Below are positions 61,191 to 64,000 of a stretch of DNA of 64,000 nt, in pieces (the stretch's first letter is position 1; each line of letters begins with the position of its first letter). Position numbers and translations under genes: made by a program. Source of the DNA: Obrimoposthia wandeli. Taxonomy: Eukaryota. A model generated the notes under the pieces. That model was given only the letters and a program-made list of their open reading frames with translations. It did no database searches and had not been told where the DNA came from. The stretch lies in assembly GCA_977020255.1 (NCBI GenBank), contig CDROCS010005092.1, forward strand, positions 1-64,000. The letters run 5' to 3'.

Positions 61191-62285
61191 TTAAACTAAA
61201 AACTGTTCTAAATGGCGCATTTTTCGACGTGATTCTACGCCTTCTGCCAACATCTCTATTAATCGTTCTGTATCACTCCACCCAATACAAGCATCAGTAA
61301 TAGATTGCCCATAATTCAATGGCGTAGCGCGTAATGAGTTGTTTGTATTGAGCGCTTGATTACCACCTTTTAAAAAGCTTTCTACCATCACAGCTGCAAT
61401 CGCGCTAGAGCCGTGGGCGAGTTGTCGACAAAGATCTTCAACAACACGCAATTGATTCAAATGTAATTTACGGCTGTTACCATGACTGCAATCAATCATA
61501 AGTTTTGGACATAAATCACGAGATTTTAGCAACGCTTCTACGGCCGTTATGTCTTGATGATAATAATTGGGTTGCTTGCCACCACGCATAATAGCGTGAC
61601 AAGTTGCATTACCTTTACTTTTAACCGCACACATCCCACCATTGAAGTCAGGCATTGGGTATAGGTGTGGGTGTGCAGCCGATGTCATCGCATCAGCTGC
61701 TATGGTGATGTTGCCGTCAGTGCCATTTTTAAAACCAATGGGACAGTTTAGACCTGAAGCCATTTGTCTATGCACCTGTGATTCTGTTGTTCTAGCGCCT
61801 ATTGCGCCCCAACTCATTAAATCAGATAGATAAAAAAAACTGGTCACATCAAGGAATTCAGTTGCTGTTGTCAGCCCTAAATCATTAATATCTACTAACA
61901 GTTTTCTGGCGGTCAATAATCCAGTAATCAGGTCATCACTCCCATCTAAATACGGGTCAAAAATCAATCCCTTCCAACCAACGGTCGTACGAGGTTTTTC
62001 AAAATAAGTACGCATAACAACATGCAGTTGTTGTTGATAATTAGTCCCAAGCGCTACTAATTTGTGTGCATATTCTAATGACGCTTCGGTATCATGAATA
62101 GAGCAGGGGCCTATGACCACCATCAGTCGATCATCTTGGCCATTAAAAATTTTACTTATCGTATGACGACTTTGTGCAATATGTTGTACCGTATTTTGAG
62201 AGCTCGGGTATTGTCGAATAACCTCTGATAACGAGGGGATAGCTATTTTTGCAGATGCGTTAACAACTGATGCAAGTTTTTCCAT
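61191..62285 (-). CDS. Class I-alpha DAHP synthase (AroF/G/H-like), siderophore-cluster copy
   Basis: IGPCSIHD, YFEKPRTTVGWKG, GAIGARTTESQVHR, GFKNGTDG and DCSHGNS motifs. Confidence 0.95.
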   Translation of the reverse strand: MEKLASVVNASAKIAIPSLSEVIRQYPSSQNTVQHIAQSRHTISKIFNGQDDRLMVVIGPCSIHDTEASLEYAHKLVALGTNYQQQLHVVMRTYFEKPRTTVGWKGLIFDPYLDGSDDLITGLLTARKLLVDINDLGLTTATEFLDVTSFFYLSDLMSWGAIGARTTESQVHRQMASGLNCPIGFKNGTDGNITIAADAMTSAAHPHLYPMPDFNGGMCAVKSKGNATCHAIMRGGKQPNYYHQDITAVEALLKSRDLCPKLMIDCSHGNSRKLHLNQLRVVEDLCRQLAHGSSAIAAVMVESFLKGGNQALNTNNSLRATPLNYGQSITDACIGWSDTERLIEMLAEGVESRRKMRHLEQFLV

Positions 62286-62320
62286 GTTATTGAACCTTGA
62301 TCCTTAAATAGTGTGTTGAC

Positions 62321-63584
62321 TTATTTTGAAGATGTCGCTGAATCTAGTGAAGCCTTGGATGCGGAAATGTTAGGTATAGATTCTTTATGATTTACCCATC
62401 GCCACAACATTATTGGTGCAATAAGAGTAAGTAAAATGGTTAACATTGCTACCCAATCCATACCGACTATTTTGTGATCTGCAGTAGTTGTTAATACCGC
62501 AGCAGATAATAAACCAGCAGCGCCGGATGCAACATTACTCACAGTATTATTAATTGACATAAAGGCGGCTCGTTGCGGGGGAGCAGGCAAATGGCTAACA
62601 ATACTTGCCGTAACACTCGTACGAACGGTACTTACGGTCATCATTAAGGCGAAAAGTACAAATAAGTGACTTGTTTGCGGTGTAGATATAAAAATAATGT
62701 AAATAATTAAGGCAACTAGCAAGGCACTAACAATATGCAGCTGATGACGAATACCTTTATCAAATAACCTGCCTGAAAATTGCAACATAATAAAACTGGC
62801 TAATCCCCCACCAAAATACAGGGCAGACATATGCTCTCGTGGAAACGATAAATTAAACTGAAAATAGGCTGAAAAATTACTAATAATAAGAAAGTGCGCA
62901 AAGATTTGTATCGCAACCACTAACAGCGCTATTTTTACTTTAAATTGTGACACTAGTTGACGTACAGCAGACGATTTCTGAGCTGTTTGAGGCTGAATAT
63001 GTTGCGTCATAACAGGAAACATTATCATGCAAGCTACGGCGAGCATGATGCCAAGTGAGCCAAAAAGCCAAAAAATTTATTTGCCATGAAAAGTACAGTG
63101 ATACCAATAATGATGATGGCACCATAATGATGGCGGCAATTGAAAAAGCACTACCAATGAAAGCCATAACTCTACCGCGGTGAGATGGTGGGGTAACATC
63201 AATAACGGCAGCCATCAACACTGATGACGCAGGCCCAGTAAAACAGCCCGATAGGGTAAACAAAAGCATTAAGGCAATGGGGGATGTCGCAAAACCACAT
63301 AAAATTAAACAAATACCACGTAATAATAAAAATATAACCAGTACCGATTTACGGTCATATTTATCAAGCTGCTCCGCCAGTAACCATGTCATTGCCGCAG
63401 AGCCAAACATTGTCCCGCCAATTAAATAGCCTATATGTGCAGGATTAAAATTAATACTCTCAACTAAGTCTGGACCCAATGGAACCACCATCATGAATCC
63501 ACCAAGAGATATTATATTAATTAAAAAAGCTAACCTGATCACAAGGTTATTAGGTATCGACTGCTCGGTGATCGGAAAATTCAT
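62321..63584 (-). pseudogene. MFS transporter (probable siderophore exporter) with a +1 frameshift in an A6 run at 63070-63075
   Basis: Motif A-like LDKYDRKS in the 5' ORF; removing one A gives WQINFWLFGSLGIMLAVACM and a single 420-aa ORF. Confidence 0.85.
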
Positions 63585-63687
63585 ATTCTCGTCCTGAGAT
63601 CTAAATAAAATAAATAAACAAGAGATCATAAGTAACCTCTTGAAATAACAATGGAGCGATTGTACACATCAATTCGCACTAATTACA

Positions 63688-63706
63688 AATGATAATGGTT
63701 TTTATT
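63688..63706. promoter_or_regulatory. Fur box in the divergent MFS-DAHP / isochorismate synthase promoter
   Basis: AATGATAATGGTTTTTATT; 15/19 match to AATGATAATCATTATCATT. Confidence 0.75.
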
Positions 63707-63901
63707 TAGATTGACGGGGTGGGATTAGCATGCGAACATCTAGTCACTTACTGCTATTTGTCGGAATTAATTGTTCCATTGTTCATCGTGTTTAGTTATG
63801 CAGATGCTTAGTACTTAGCAGCTAACTAGCTACATGTTTCGGTTGTTCCACAGTGAGGAATAATCAATAAATGGAATTTCAGTTTAAAAAGGAACTTCAC
63901 A

Positions 63902-64000
63902 ATGAAACGTTTTACAGACGCTAATAATGATCAGCATGTTTCAAATATAAATAAAAAATCAGCGGCTCAATTTATTTTTACATCAAAGGGTCGTTCACTA
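63902..64000 (+). CDS. 5' end of a probable isochorismate synthase (EntC/DhbC-like); truncated by the window edge
   Basis: AAGGA RBS; MKRFTDANNDQHVSNINKKSAAQFIFTSKGRSL, where FIFTSxxRSL resembles the EntC/DhbC N-terminal FFFxSxxRS segment; cluster context. Confidence 0.55.
   Translation, partial: MKRFTDANNDQHVSNINKKSAAQFIFTSKGRSL

Noticed and set aside
62940-63629. Two separate MFS half-transporters
   Set aside because: One extra A in a homopolymer explains the split, and the fused length (420 aa) is normal for an MFS
46567-64000. Claim of horizontal transfer based on GC content
   Set aside because: Spot checks by eye show only a modest difference; a sliding GC and codon-usage calculation and synteny data are needed

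Overview
Chromosomal window from an AT-rich marine gammaproteobacterium, most consistent with Colwelliaceae (inferred from gene order and protein style, not from a database search). Bases 1-46.5 kb are mostly housekeeping: an AcrAB-type RND pump whose acrB-like gene is damaged; an acetate-uptake locus (DEDDh exonuclease, cNMP/CBS/DUF294 nucleotidyltransferase, DUF4212, ActP-like symporter, CrbS/CrbR with three candidate CrbR boxes); pepD, slmA, coaBC, radC, rpmB-rpmG, mutM, coaD, kdkA/GT9/waaA, kbl-tdh-glpE-glpG, fliL and ubiCA, with small accessory genes in between. Bases 46.6-64 kb hold a catecholate siderophore cluster that runs off the right edge: fes, an MbtH-like gene, a dimodular C-A-T-C-A-T-TE NRPS, a PepSY-TM operon, a TonB-dependent receptor, a DAHP synthase, an MFS exporter, Fur boxes and the start of a probable isochorismate synthase. 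The second A domain has the EntF serine code. The first has an unfamiliar code (read by eye as DTDATCIVYK) and sits in a module with the signatures of a lost epimerase domain, which suggests a (DHB-X-Ser)n siderophore with an unknown spacer residue. The NRPS, MbtH-like and MFS genes each carry a lesion while the uptake genes are intact; this is either cheater-type decay or assembly error. At least seven copies of an ERIC-like intergenic repeat family (TATACC...GGTATA ends) are scattered through the window. No rRNA, tRNA, CRISPR array or transposase was recognised.
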